DNA of 64,000 bases from assembly GCA_020850015.1 (NCBI GenBank), contig JADZFF010000033.1, positions 50-64,049 on the forward strand, given 5' to 3'. Under the pieces are notes generated by a model. The model searched no databases. It saw nothing but the letters and a program-made list of their open reading frames with translations, and was not told where the DNA came from. This document shows, in pieces, positions 52,479-63,432 of this stretch (positions are counted from its first letter, which is position 1; every line of letters starts with the position of its first letter). The position numbers and the translations under genes were made by a program. Origin of the DNA: Bdellovibrionales bacterium (GTDB lineage Bacteria > Bdellovibrionota > UBA1018 > JADZFF01).

Positions 52479-53255
52479 ATGGCTGTCGTCCGCAAACGCT
52501 TGAGGGAGGGGGTGCGGTTACGGCGGGACCGGGTTCAGGTCCTGCGTTCGTTCGCCCGCCAGTTCCTCTGGGGTGTGGCGCTGCTGGGTCTGGTGTTCAC
52601 CCACGAAGTCTCCGATGAGAGCTTCGCCGCCGGCCCGGGCAACATGACCGTGGCCGAGGTAGAGGCGGTGTTCGTGAAGCGACTTCCCGCGAAATGGAAG
52701 CCTCGAGCGCGCGCCTTGGCGGAGCATCTGCACCACCTCTGCGAGCGCCACGGTTTCGATCCCGCATTCGTGCTTTCGCTCATTCACAAGGAGAGCAGCT
52801 TCAAGCCCAACGCGCGTTCCAAGGTGGGCGCCGTGGGGTTGATGCAGTTCCTCCCCACGACCGCGAAGTACGTGGCGAAGCGGAACAAGCTTCCCTACCG
52901 GAGCCGGCAGGACCTCAAGGACCCCTTCGTGAACCTCACGCTCGGCGTGCACTACCTGGCCTACCTGAGGCGCAAGTTCGAGACGACGGACCAGGCGCTC
53001 GCGGCCTACAACCTCGGGCCGACGCGCGTGCGGGTGATGATCCTCAATGGCTACTTCGACCCGGGCCCGGTGCGAAAGTACGTCGACGACATCAAGGCGG
53101 GACGCAGCTCGATGAAACGCGAGGGCCGCGAGCTCGCCACCGTGGCGAGCTACGCCGCCGCGCTGAGCGGGCCCGAGCATCTCTGGGAGCGGCTCACTCT
53201 TCTGCCCGAGGCCGAAGCCGCGCCGGCCGCCGCGCCCGCCGTTTACCGCAAGTAG
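52479..53255 (+). CDS. Lytic transglycosylase (SLT domain) protein
   Basis: LIHKESSFKPNARSKVGAVGLMQFLPTTA and AYNLGP motifs, with an N-terminal membrane anchor/signal. Confidence 0.88.
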   Translation: MAVVRKRLREGVRLRRDRVQVLRSFARQFLWGVALLGLVFTHEVSDESFAAGPGNMTVAEVEAVFVKRLPAKWKPRARALAEHLHHLCERHGFDPAFVLSLIHKESSFKPNARSKVGAVGLMQFLPTTAKYVAKRNKLPYRSRQDLKDPFVNLTLGVHYLAYLRRKFETTDQALAAYNLGPTRVRVMILNGYFDPGPVRKYVDDIKAGRSSMKREGRELATVASYAAALSGPEHLWERLTLLPEAEAAPAAAPAVYRK

Positions 53256-53987
53256 GCACCTCGCGGTGGCCCTGGCGCCCCGGCCGAATCTGCAGCATCC
53301 TTCACAGCATGAAAAATTCAGTTGAACTGGGGCGCAGGCGCGCGGTCGTGGTGGGCGCCACCGGGCTCGTGGGCAGGGAACTCCTCCGGGTACTCGAGGC
53401 CGAGCCGGCCTACGGGGAGGTGCTTGCCCTGGCGAGGCGGGCACGCGGGACGATAAACGCGGGCGGGACGAAGGTCCGGGAGGTCATGGTGGACTTCGAG
53501 CAGCTTCCCCCGCCGCTGTTCCGGGGCGACGACCTGTACTGCGCCCTGGGCACGACGATCCGCAAGGCCGGCTCGCGGGAGGCCTTTCGCCACGTGGACC
53601 ACGACTATGTCCTGCAATGCGCGCGGCTGGGCGCGGCCGGCGGGATGAAGCGACTGTTGCTCGTCACGGCGCTCGGCGCGGATCCTGACTCCGCGTTCTT
53701 CTACAACCGCGTGAAGGGCGAAGTGGAGCGGGCAGTGGAGGGGGCGGGGTTCGGCGAGGTGCATGTCTTCCGGCCCTCGCTGCTCCTCGGCGAGCGCGCG
53801 GAGCGCCGCCCCGGAGAGAAGCTCGGCGCGCTTGCCGCGAAAGCGGCGGCTCCGTTGTTCCTGGTGCCGGGCCTGCGCAGGCTGGCGCCCGTGACCGGCG
53901 CGGACGTCGCGGAGGCCATGGTGAGAACGGCCCTGGGGCCGGCGGCTCCGGGCCTCCGCACGCACGAGTCCGACGAGATCCGGGAGA

Positions 53988-55508
<1,521 letters not shown>

Positions 55509-55547
55509 GGCCCTGGGAATAGCACGGGCCCGCGGGCCCGCCCAGCG

Positions 55548-57320
55548 CTAGCCTCCCAGGGCCTGATGGAGCCTTGCGTATGCGCCCGCCCGCGCCAGCA
55601 GCTCGGCGTGGCCGCCGGACTCCGTCACTCGGCCCTGTTCCAGAACCAGGATCCGGTCGCAGCGCTCGACCGTGGAGAGCCGGTGGGCGATCACGATCAC
55701 GGTGCGGCCCTTGAGGATGCGCGCGATCGCTTTCTGGATCAGCGCCTCGCTCTCCGGATCCACGGAGCTCGTGGCCTCATCGAGGATCACGAGCGAGGGA
55801 TCCTTGGCCAGGGCGCGCGCGAAGGCGATGAGCTGGCGTTGCCCGTGTGAGAGGTTCTCGCCGCGTTCCCTTACCTGGAAGTCGAGGCCTCCCGGGAGCT
55901 GGCTCAGAAAGCGTTGTGCGCCCGCCGCCTCCGCCGCGCGCTCGATCGCCTCCCGGCTCACCGCGGGATCCCCGAGCCCGATGTTGAAGGCCGCCGTGCC
56001 CTCGAAGAGCACGATGTCCTGAGGAACGATGCCCAGTTGCCTTCGGAGCCCGCGCGGCTCCAGCTCCGCGAGATCCTGTCCGTCCAGGGTGATGCGCCCC
56101 TCGTAACCGTCGTACTGCTTGGTGAGGAGCTTGATGAGGGTGGACTTGCCGCTGCCCGTGGGCCCGACGATCGCTAGGCTTCGCCCGGGCTCCAGCTCGA
56201 AGCTCAGTTCGTGCAGGATCCGGTGGGCCGCGGGGGCGCCCGGCTGCCGGGTGTACCCGAAGCTCAGCCGCTCCACGCGGACCGAGCCGCGCAGGCGCGC
56301 GACGGGCGACTCGCCTCCCACGTGATCCCGCTCCTCGAGTATGCCGAAGATCCGGTCCATCGAGGTGAACGCGCCCTGCATGAGCGCCATCTTCGTCCCG
56401 AGCTGCTTCAAGGGTTCGAAGAGCTGTTGGAGATACTGCACGAGCGCAATCAGCACTCCCGCCGTGATCCCGGCTCCGAGATCGCCCACCGCGAGCCAGA
56501 GCATGAGACCGAGCGCGATGGAGGAGATCCCCTCGATCACGGAGAACATCGCGGCGTCGAGCACGACGGAATTCATCTGGGCGCGCCGGAACTCCTCATT
56601 GAGGGTGTCGAACCTGTGCCGGGCGTCGGTCTGGGCGACGAGGAGCTTCACGGTCTGCTGCCCGTACAGGCATTCCTGCATGAAGGCGTTGAGTGCCGCG
56701 ATCTTCACGCGCGCGGACTGCATGGCCCGGCGCAAACCGGCCGAGAATGCCGCCACTGCCGCGCCTGTGAAAGGGAGCAGGGCGAGCACGCCCAGGGTGA
56801 GCCTCCAATCCAGGAGTGCCATGCCCGTGATCACCGCGCCCAGCGCGGCCACGTCCACGACCGCGGAGAGGATGCCCTGGTTCAAGGCCTCGCCCAGACT
56901 GTCGAAGTCGCCGGTGGCGCGGGTCACGAGCGCCCCGCTCATGTTTCGGTCGTGGAAGCGCGCCGAGAGCCGCATCACCTTTTCCATCAGGCGCGTCCGG
57001 AGCCGGCGCACCATGCGGTGCACGGCCAGCGCCGAAATCTGTCTCTGCGCGGCGCGCGCGACGTACTCCGCGGTCACGGCGCACAGGAAGAGCAGCGCGA
57101 GCGAGCGGAGGAGATCCATCCTCGCGGGGACGATGCCCCGGTCGATCGCCTCCCTGAGCAGCAGCGGCACGCTCATCTGAAGGGCGGCCACGAGCGGGAT
57201 CAGGGCCGCCGCGGCGAACACGAGCCGACGGTCGGGCCTGAGATCGGGCCAGAGGCGCTTGAGCCCGGCGAAATCGCGCGCGAGCTGCGTGAGCCCGCCC
57301 TTCCTCGGGGGCGCGCTCAT
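55548..57320 (-). CDS. ABC exporter, fused permease/ATPase subunit
   Basis: Six-TM N-terminal domain, Walker A GPTGSGKST, signature LSHGQRQLIAFARAL, and Walker B LVILDEATS. Confidence 0.92.
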   Translation of the reverse strand: MSAPPRKGGLTQLARDFAGLKRLWPDLRPDRRLVFAAAALIPLVAALQMSVPLLLREAIDRGIVPARMDLLRSLALLFLCAVTAEYVARAAQRQISALAVHRMVRRLRTRLMEKVMRLSARFHDRNMSGALVTRATGDFDSLGEALNQGILSAVVDVAALGAVITGMALLDWRLTLGVLALLPFTGAAVAAFSAGLRRAMQSARVKIAALNAFMQECLYGQQTVKLLVAQTDARHRFDTLNEEFRRAQMNSVVLDAAMFSVIEGISSIALGLMLWLAVGDLGAGITAGVLIALVQYLQQLFEPLKQLGTKMALMQGAFTSMDRIFGILEERDHVGGESPVARLRGSVRVERLSFGYTRQPGAPAAHRILHELSFELEPGRSLAIVGPTGSGKSTLIKLLTKQYDGYEGRITLDGQDLAELEPRGLRRQLGIVPQDIVLFEGTAAFNIGLGDPAVSREAIERAAEAAGAQRFLSQLPGGLDFQVRERGENLSHGQRQLIAFARALAKDPSLVILDEATSSVDPESEALIQKAIARILKGRTVIVIAHRLSTVERCDRILVLEQGRVTESGGHAELLARAGAYARLHQALGG

Positions 57321-59071
57321 GGGTTCCTCCGGACGATCCTGCCGCGGTCGAGCTCGATGATCTGGTCGCAGAAAGCGAGGCTCCCGGGCCGGTGGGAGCA
57401 GAGGATCAGGGTGCGGGAGCGCCTGCGGATCGCGTCCGCGAGCCTGCGCTCGGTGGACTGGTCCACCGCGGAGAGCACGTCATCGAGTAGTAGCAAGGGC
57501 GGGCGCCTCAGGAACGCGCGCGCGAGCGCGAGCCGCTGCTTCTGTCCGCCCGAGAGGCGAACTCCGCGCTCGCCGATCTGGGTCTGCCAGCCCTGCTCCA
57601 GGCGGAGGATCTCGTCGAGGACCTCGGCGTCGCGCGCGGCAGCCTCGAGCTCCGAGAGGGGAACCTGGGGGTCGATGCCCATCCTGAGGTTGCCCTCGAC
57701 CGTGTCGGAGAACAGGTGGGCCGACTGGAGCGCGTATCCCACTTCCCGCCGAAGCTCGGAGGGATCCCAGCCCAGCACGTCCCGCCCCCGAAGCAGGATC
57801 GTGCCGGGGGGCGGTTCCACGATTCGGGTGATCAGCTGGAAGAGCGTGCTCTTGCCTGAGCCCACCGGCCCGCAGAGGCCGAGCTTGCCGCCTTCGTTCA
57901 ACGTGAAGCTAAGGTCCTGAATCGCGGGAAACGGCGCCTCCGGGTAGCTGAAGCTCAGGGAGCGCAGCTCGAGTAGCGGTGCGCGCGCGTCCGCGACGGC
58001 GGATCCTCCCGGGCGTGCGGCCTCCACGGGCGAGGATTCGATGTCGTTCAGCCGCTTCAGGGCTGTGACCGTGCGCTGATGGACGGCGATCACGATGCCA
58101 AGCGCCGTGAGCGGGAAGGTCAGCGAAGCGATGTAGACGTTGAACACCAGGATGTCGCCGATCGTGAGCCGCCCGGCCACGATCTCGGCGCCGCCGTAGA
58201 AGAGCACGGAGAGCTGGGAGAGGCCCGCGAGCAGAGTCATGAGGGGGAATACGACGGTCTGGATCACGCTCAGGCGAAGCGCCGTGGAATACACTTGATC
58301 GTTCGTCCGCCCGGTCCGCTCCAGGAAGGCCGCCTCGGCTGAGTTGACCTGGATCACGTGCACGTTCACGAAGGCTTCGGTGGCGCGTTGGGTGAGCGCG
58401 CCCAGGGCCTCCTGGTTCAGCCTGGAAAGCCGGTGCATCGCGGGCATGGCCCAGCGGGTGATGAGAAGCATCAGGGCCAGCGGGGCCAGGGCCATCACCG
58501 TGAGCGTGAGGTGCGTGCGAGTCATCTGCACCACCACGAGCACGCTCAGGAACACGAGGTTGGCCGCCATGAGGGCACCGAAGGCGTAGTAGACCCGCAC
58601 CTGCCCCATGTCGTTGGCCATGCGGGAGATCAGGTCGCCCATGGCGAAGCGGTCGTAGAAGCTCTGGGGAACCGCCATCATGCGGGCGAAGAGGTCGCTC
58701 TTGGCGCGGGCCTCGAGCGTGCGTCCCGGCCAGAACATCAGGATGCGCGAGAGGCTCCGGATCAGGATCTGCGCCAGCCCAAGAGCCACCACCGCGGTCG
58801 CGAGCCCGCCGAGCGTCTCGCGGGCCGCGCCCGCGCCCAGCCCGTTCACCACGTCGCGCGCGAGCTGGGGGATCCGCAAAGTGAGCCAGTTCGTGAGCCC
58901 GAGCGCCGCGAGCCCGCCCGCGTACCAGACCCAGAGAGGCCGGGCGTAGACCGAGGTGAACCGCCGCACGGAAGCGAATGCGGCTGCGGCGGGTGGGGGG
59001 GAGGCTGCAGGCATGAGCCGAAGATCTATCGCAGCGGCGGAGGGGGGTAAAGCTCGGCGGCTCGCCAACAA
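57317..59071 (-). CDS. ABC exporter, fused permease/ATPase subunit (heterodimer partner)
   Basis: Walker A GPVGSGKST, signature LSGGQKQRLALARAFL, and Walker B LLLLDDVLS. There is an ATGA overlap with the downstream subunit. An alternative ATG start is at 59014. Confidence 0.9.
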   Translation of the reverse strand: MLASRRALPPSAAAIDLRLMPAASPPPAAAAFASVRRFTSVYARPLWVWYAGGLAALGLTNWLTLRIPQLARDVVNGLGAGAARETLGGLATAVVALGLAQILIRSLSRILMFWPGRTLEARAKSDLFARMMAVPQSFYDRFAMGDLISRMANDMGQVRVYYAFGALMAANLVFLSVLVVVQMTRTHLTLTVMALAPLALMLLITRWAMPAMHRLSRLNQEALGALTQRATEAFVNVHVIQVNSAEAAFLERTGRTNDQVYSTALRLSVIQTVVFPLMTLLAGLSQLSVLFYGGAEIVAGRLTIGDILVFNVYIASLTFPLTALGIVIAVHQRTVTALKRLNDIESSPVEAARPGGSAVADARAPLLELRSLSFSYPEAPFPAIQDLSFTLNEGGKLGLCGPVGSGKSTLFQLITRIVEPPPGTILLRGRDVLGWDPSELRREVGYALQSAHLFSDTVEGNLRMGIDPQVPLSELEAAARDAEVLDEILRLEQGWQTQIGERGVRLSGGQKQRLALARAFLRRPPLLLLDDVLSAVDQSTERRLADAIRRRSRTLILCSHRPGSLAFCDQIIELDRGRIVRRNP

Positions 59072-59100
59072 GGCCCGGGCCGCGCATACTGACGCATAGG

Positions 59101-59940
59101 ATGGACGAGCGCTCCCTCAACGACCTCTTTCGTGAAGCCTGCGCCCTGCGTGGAGATCCCGAGTCGGGCCGCGACTGGCTCATCGCGCTCACGGAGCGGT
59201 ACTTGAACGAGTTCGGGCGCGCGGCGCCCGGCGCGGCTGAGTCCGTGCTGCGACGCTGGATCAGGGAGGAGGGAGCGCCTGCCGTTCTGGACGGCTCCGG
59301 CCCGGTTCTGGACGAGGAAACGAGCGCGCGGCTGCTTGGTCGCCTCTCCGGCGCCGGTCGCGGGCTGAGGCTCGCCGAAGAGCTCGAGCTTCACGTCACC
59401 GCGCCCCGGCTGGGCCGGAACGGGCCCTGGTATCTCAGGATCGGTACGCCGCTCCTGCGGGGAGGGGTGGCCGCCGCGATCACGATCCTGGCGGTGTTCT
59501 GGTCGACGCGACGCGCTGACCCCGAGCTGGCCGTCGACGCGGTGATGGCGGAGCTCGCTCGGCATCATCGTTCGGCCCCTCGGCCGGAGCTGAAGGCGAG
59601 AAGCTGGACGGAAGTGGAAGGCGCGGCGCGCGCCTTGGATCCGGAGTCCGCTCCGCCCGCGCCGAGCGAGGTCATGCGCATGGTTCAGAGCGCGCGTTGG
59701 AGCTACCGGGGAGTGGGGAGGACGCAGATCGCCCAGCGGCCCGCCTGGTTCATCGTGCTCGAGGACCGGGAGCTCGGCTCCGAGCAGGTGCTCTACCAGC
59801 TCCGTCGGCCGAAAAGCCTCCAGCTTCAGGCGCTCGAGGGCGCGCCCGAGGGGCAAGGGCTCGAAGCCGAGATCGATGGGGACATCGTGCGGCTCTGGCT
59901 TGAAAAGGATCTCGTGCTGGGATTAGTAGGGCCGAAGTGA
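59101..59940 (+). CDS. Hypothetical protein with one predicted TM segment
   Basis: ATG-initiated 279-aa ORF located 7 nt upstream of hemF, with the hydrophobic segment LLRGGVAAAITILAVFW. No motif recognised. Confidence 0.5.
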   Translation: MDERSLNDLFREACALRGDPESGRDWLIALTERYLNEFGRAAPGAAESVLRRWIREEGAPAVLDGSGPVLDEETSARLLGRLSGAGRGLRLAEELELHVTAPRLGRNGPWYLRIGTPLLRGGVAAAITILAVFWSTRRADPELAVDAVMAELARHHRSAPRPELKARSWTEVEGAARALDPESAPPAPSEVMRMVQSARWSYRGVGRTQIAQRPAWFIVLEDRELGSEQVLYQLRRPKSLQLQALEGAPEGQGLEAEIDGDIVRLWLEKDLVLGLVGPK

Positions 59941-59947
59941 GGTCCCG

Positions 59948-60769
59948 ATGAAAACCCGCGAAGAGATCGTCAGCTACCTGAAGGGCTTGCGTTCGCGCAT
60001 CTGCGAAGCCTTCGAGAAGGTGGAGCGGGAGGGCGGCGGGACGGGCCGGTTCGAACGCAAGGACTGGAGCTACTCGAAGGGGGCCGGGGGCGGCGAGATG
60101 TCGGTGATCCGCGGGCAGGTTTTCGAGAAGGCCGCCGTGAACTGGTCGGGAGTCGAGGGCGCGAAGTTCCCGGGAGACGACGCCTCAGGCCCGTTCTTCG
60201 CCACTGGCCTGAGCCTCATCACCCACATGTCGAACCCGAAGGCGCCTACCGCTCACTTCAACATCCGCTACATCGAGGCCGCCCCGGCCGGAGGGGGAGC
60301 GGGGAGACGCTGGCTGGGCGGCGGATTCGATCTCACGCCGATGGGATTCCCCTACGACGAGGATACGCGCCAGTTCCATGACGCCGCCCGTGCCGCGCTG
60401 GATCCGTTCGGGAAGGAACTTTATCCACGCTTCTCCCAGGCGGCCCGCGAGTACTTCACCATCCCGCACTACCAGCGCGAGCGAGGGGTGGGGGGGGTCT
60501 TCTTCGATCACTTCTCCACCGGCGACCTGGAGCGGGACCTGGCGATGTGGCGCGGCGTGGGCGAGGGATTCCTCCCCGCGCTGCTTCCCGTGCTCGAGCG
60601 GCGGATCGCCGCGCCCTACTCGGAAGCCGATCGGCAGACGCAGCTCAAGCGGCGCGCCCAGTACGTGGAGTTCAATCTGCTCTACGACCGGGGCACGCAG
60701 TTCGGCTTCCGCTCGGGCGGGAACGCCGAGGCGATTCTCTGTTCGATGCCGCCGCTCGCGGCGTGGTAG
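59948..60769 (+). CDS. hemF: Oxygen-dependent coproporphyrinogen III oxidase
   Basis: GGGEMSVIRG..FEKAAVNWS, THMSNPKAPTAHFNIRY, GGGFDLTP, and YVEFNLLYDRGTQFG. Confidence 0.93.
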   Translation: MKTREEIVSYLKGLRSRICEAFEKVEREGGGTGRFERKDWSYSKGAGGGEMSVIRGQVFEKAAVNWSGVEGAKFPGDDASGPFFATGLSLITHMSNPKAPTAHFNIRYIEAAPAGGGAGRRWLGGGFDLTPMGFPYDEDTRQFHDAARAALDPFGKELYPRFSQAAREYFTIPHYQRERGVGGVFFDHFSTGDLERDLAMWRGVGEGFLPALLPVLERRIAAPYSEADRQTQLKRRAQYVEFNLLYDRGTQFGFRSGGNAEAILCSMPPLAAW

Positions 60770-60781
60770 ATTCTCTTTCAT

Positions 60782-61888
60782 ATGTCTAGCTGGAAAACCT
60801 TGGCGGCCTTCGCCGCCGCGATGTTGGCTTTGGCCGGCGGTGCGCTGGTTCTCGTGCGCCAGATCGGCGGGAACGGCGCCGAGGCGCCCCCGGCCGCTCC
60901 GGGCGAGAGCGACGCCGCCGACCGGCGGAACCGGGAGATCCGCGAACGCGATCTCGCGATCCTGGCGAAAGCCGACTCATCCTCAGAAGCGCGTATTTCC
61001 GCTCTTTATCGCCAGGGCCGGCAAAAAGTCCCGCAGGCCCGTGATGCGGCGCTATCGGCGCTGAAAGCGAAGTCGGCGGATCCCGCGCTCCGCGCGGCCT
61101 GCGCCGCCGCGCTCGGCGCCTTCGGAGATCCCGAGGCCACGGAGGCCCTGATGAAGCTCAGCTCCGACGCCGACGGCGGCGTGAGGCTATCGGCCGTGCG
61201 CGCCTTGGGCATGGCGCCGACTCCCGAACGCGAGAAGGTGCTGCGCGGGCTCCTTGCTCGGAAGGGCTTGAGCGAGGGAGAGCGCGTGGCCGCGCAGGAG
61301 GGGCTCCTGCGAATCTCCTCCGGGCCGGGAGAACGCGCGGAGGCGCTCGGCGAGCTCCTGAGCGCGGGCGCGGCCGGCGAAACGGATGAGAATACGAGCG
61401 CCGTGCTCGCGGCGCTGAGCCTGGCCCCGCGCGATCCCCAGCTCCTCGCCCTGCTCCGGAAGAAGCTCGCCGAGGCCAGGAACGAGCATCTGATGCCCGT
61501 GAGCATCCGGCACCTCGCGGCCGTGGGCGATCCCTTTATCGACGACAAACTCCAAGGCCTGCACCTGAGCAAGGACGTGAAAATCAGGCTGGCCGTGGTT
61601 CAGGTGCTCAACCGGGTGTGTCCGAAGTCGAGGGGCCAGCTTCTCTTCAGCGCGCTCCGCGAGGAGCAGACCGAGATGGTGTTCCGGGCCGGGCTCGTGG
61701 AGCTGTCGCGGTTTCCGGAGCCCCTCTATGCCGAAACGCTGGCCAAGCTCAAGGGCGAGAAGCTGCCCGACCGCCACCGGGAGCTCATCGACGAGGAGCT
61801 CCCCGGGATGCGCGACTCACTTCCCCCGGGCATCCAGCGCATCGACCCCTGCGATTCGCGGGTGCAGCTCCCGGCCTCCGGGCGCTGA
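60782..61888 (+). CDS. HEAT-repeat protein with an N-terminal membrane anchor/signal
   Basis: Repeated units of the DPALRAACAAALGAFGDPEATEALMKLSSDADGGVRLSAVRALG type. Confidence 0.7.
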   Translation: MSSWKTLAAFAAAMLALAGGALVLVRQIGGNGAEAPPAAPGESDAADRRNREIRERDLAILAKADSSSEARISALYRQGRQKVPQARDAALSALKAKSADPALRAACAAALGAFGDPEATEALMKLSSDADGGVRLSAVRALGMAPTPEREKVLRGLLARKGLSEGERVAAQEGLLRISSGPGERAEALGELLSAGAAGETDENTSAVLAALSLAPRDPQLLALLRKKLAEARNEHLMPVSIRHLAAVGDPFIDDKLQGLHLSKDVKIRLAVVQVLNRVCPKSRGQLLFSALREEQTEMVFRAGLVELSRFPEPLYAETLAKLKGEKLPDRHRELIDEELPGMRDSLPPGIQRIDPCDSRVQLPASGR

Positions 61889-63085
61889 GGCCTTGGGCTT
61901 CTCGCGGATGGCGGGCTGAGGCCAGCAGAACACGCGCTTCGTCGCCGTGATCACGCAGCCGTGCTTGAGCTGCACGCTGAGCCCTGCCACCGAGCCGACG
62001 ATGCCCTGGACCGGCGCAGGGATGTTGCGGTTCTTGTGCGTGCCGTCGCCCAGCTCCCCATAGGCGTTGCCACCCCAGCATCGCACCTCGCCCGAGTCGA
62101 GCAGGACGCAGGCGTGCGCTTCCCCCGCGGAGATCCGGGCGCCCCGGCCGCCGAGGTCCATGACTTTCACGGGCGCCGACGAGCAAGGGATGCTCTGCTT
62201 CCCGCTCTTGGGGTCCTTGCAGAGAATGGACGTGGCGTTTCCGAGCTGTCCGTAGGCGTTCATTCCCCAGCACCACACGGCGCCATCGGCAAGCAGGGCG
62301 CAGGTGAAGTGGGTGCCCGTGGAAACCTGAACCGCCGGGCCGGGAAGGCCCTTCACCCGCAGAGGTCGGGCCGAGCACCTCAAGGAAAGCGTATCCTCGG
62401 GAGGGCAATCCACGCCGCCCTCGGCCCCGAGCTGTCCCAGGGTGTTCTCGCCCCAGCAATGAACCTCCCCTTCCGTGCCGAGCGCGCAGGCATGAGCGCT
62501 GCCGAGTGAAACCTCGGTGGCTTCGGGCAGATCGGGAACGGCGTGCGGCTCTGCCACGCACCACATCTTCTTGCAGGGGCCTGACTTAGGCTGCCGGTCC
62601 ATGCCGACCTGAAACCGGTTGTTTTTCCCCCAGCAGGAGGTTCTTCCCTTCGTGTCCACCGCGCAGGTGGCGAAATTCCCGATCGTGACTGACTGGACCT
62701 TGAAGGAATGCTGGTGCCTCACCGTCTGGAGCTGCGAGGTGCCGAGCTGCCCCCAGTCGGTCACGCCCCAGCAGGCCAGCCCGCCCTTTTCCGGCTGACC
62801 GCAGCTGTGGCGGTTCCCGGCCTCGATGTGGCTCCAGGGCCCGGGAAAGAAGTTGAGCTGAGTGAACTCCACGCTCGCGGGCGTGAGCGCCTGGAAGCAC
62901 TCCAGGTTCCCGTCCTCCAGGATCACGCAGGGGGGGTATCCGGCCGAGATCGCTTTCGGCGCGAGCGAAAACCCCCGCACCTCGAAGGCGCGGGTCTGGG
63001 AGGGGGAGGGCAGGCCGGAGTCGATCGGGTTGAACGCAAGGGCGGGACCGGCGAAACACAGGCTCAGGAAAAGGATCGCACGCAT
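61817..63085 (-). CDS. Secreted RCC1-repeat (seven-bladed propeller-type) protein
   Basis: Signal peptide MRAILFLSLCFAGPALA. Repeated units HxCAL...G.V.CWG.N..GQLG (CWGVTDWGQLG, CWGENTLGQLG, CWGMNAYGQLG, CWGGNAYGELG). Confidence 0.85.
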   Translation of the reverse strand: MRAILFLSLCFAGPALAFNPIDSGLPSPSQTRAFEVRGFSLAPKAISAGYPPCVILEDGNLECFQALTPASVEFTQLNFFPGPWSHIEAGNRHSCGQPEKGGLACWGVTDWGQLGTSQLQTVRHQHSFKVQSVTIGNFATCAVDTKGRTSCWGKNNRFQVGMDRQPKSGPCKKMWCVAEPHAVPDLPEATEVSLGSAHACALGTEGEVHCWGENTLGQLGAEGGVDCPPEDTLSLRCSARPLRVKGLPGPAVQVSTGTHFTCALLADGAVWCWGMNAYGQLGNATSILCKDPKSGKQSIPCSSAPVKVMDLGGRGARISAGEAHACVLLDSGEVRCWGGNAYGELGDGTHKNRNIPAPVQGIVGSVAGLSVQLKHGCVITATKRVFCWPQPAIREKPKASAPGGRELHPRIAGVDALDARGK

Positions 63086-63099
63086 GGGGGAAGTGTACC

Positions 63100-63432
63100 T
63101 CAGGTCGGGGGGGGCGGCGCGGTCTGAGCGGCCACCCAGTCGAGGTAAGGAGCGAACCCAGCCGACCAGTTCCAGGCCACGAGGCAGGGGCAGTCATGGG
63201 GGTGAAGCTCCTTCAGCCGTCCGACGAGCGCGGCCGCGCGCGCCTGATCGGTCTTGAACAGCGCGACGGTCTCCGCGTCGCGATGCAGCTCGCCCTTCCA
63301 GCGGTAGATCGAGGTGGCCGGGCCCAGGAGGTTCGCGCAGGCGGCCAGGCCCTCCTTCACGACGATTTCCGCCGCGGCTTCGGCGCCTTCGCGGCCCGGC
63401 CAGGTGGAGTAGACGGTGGCGCCCCCGCTCAT
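63100..63432 (-). CDS. cutA: Divalent-cation tolerance protein CutA
   Basis: The ATG at 63432 gives a 110-aa protein containing EGLAACANLLGPATSIYRWKGELHRDAETVALFKT. Confidence 0.88.
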   Translation of the reverse strand: MSGGATVYSTWPGREGAEAAAEIVVKEGLAACANLLGPATSIYRWKGELHRDAETVALFKTDQARAAALVGRLKELHPHDCPCLVAWNWSAGFAPYLDWVAAQTAPPPPT

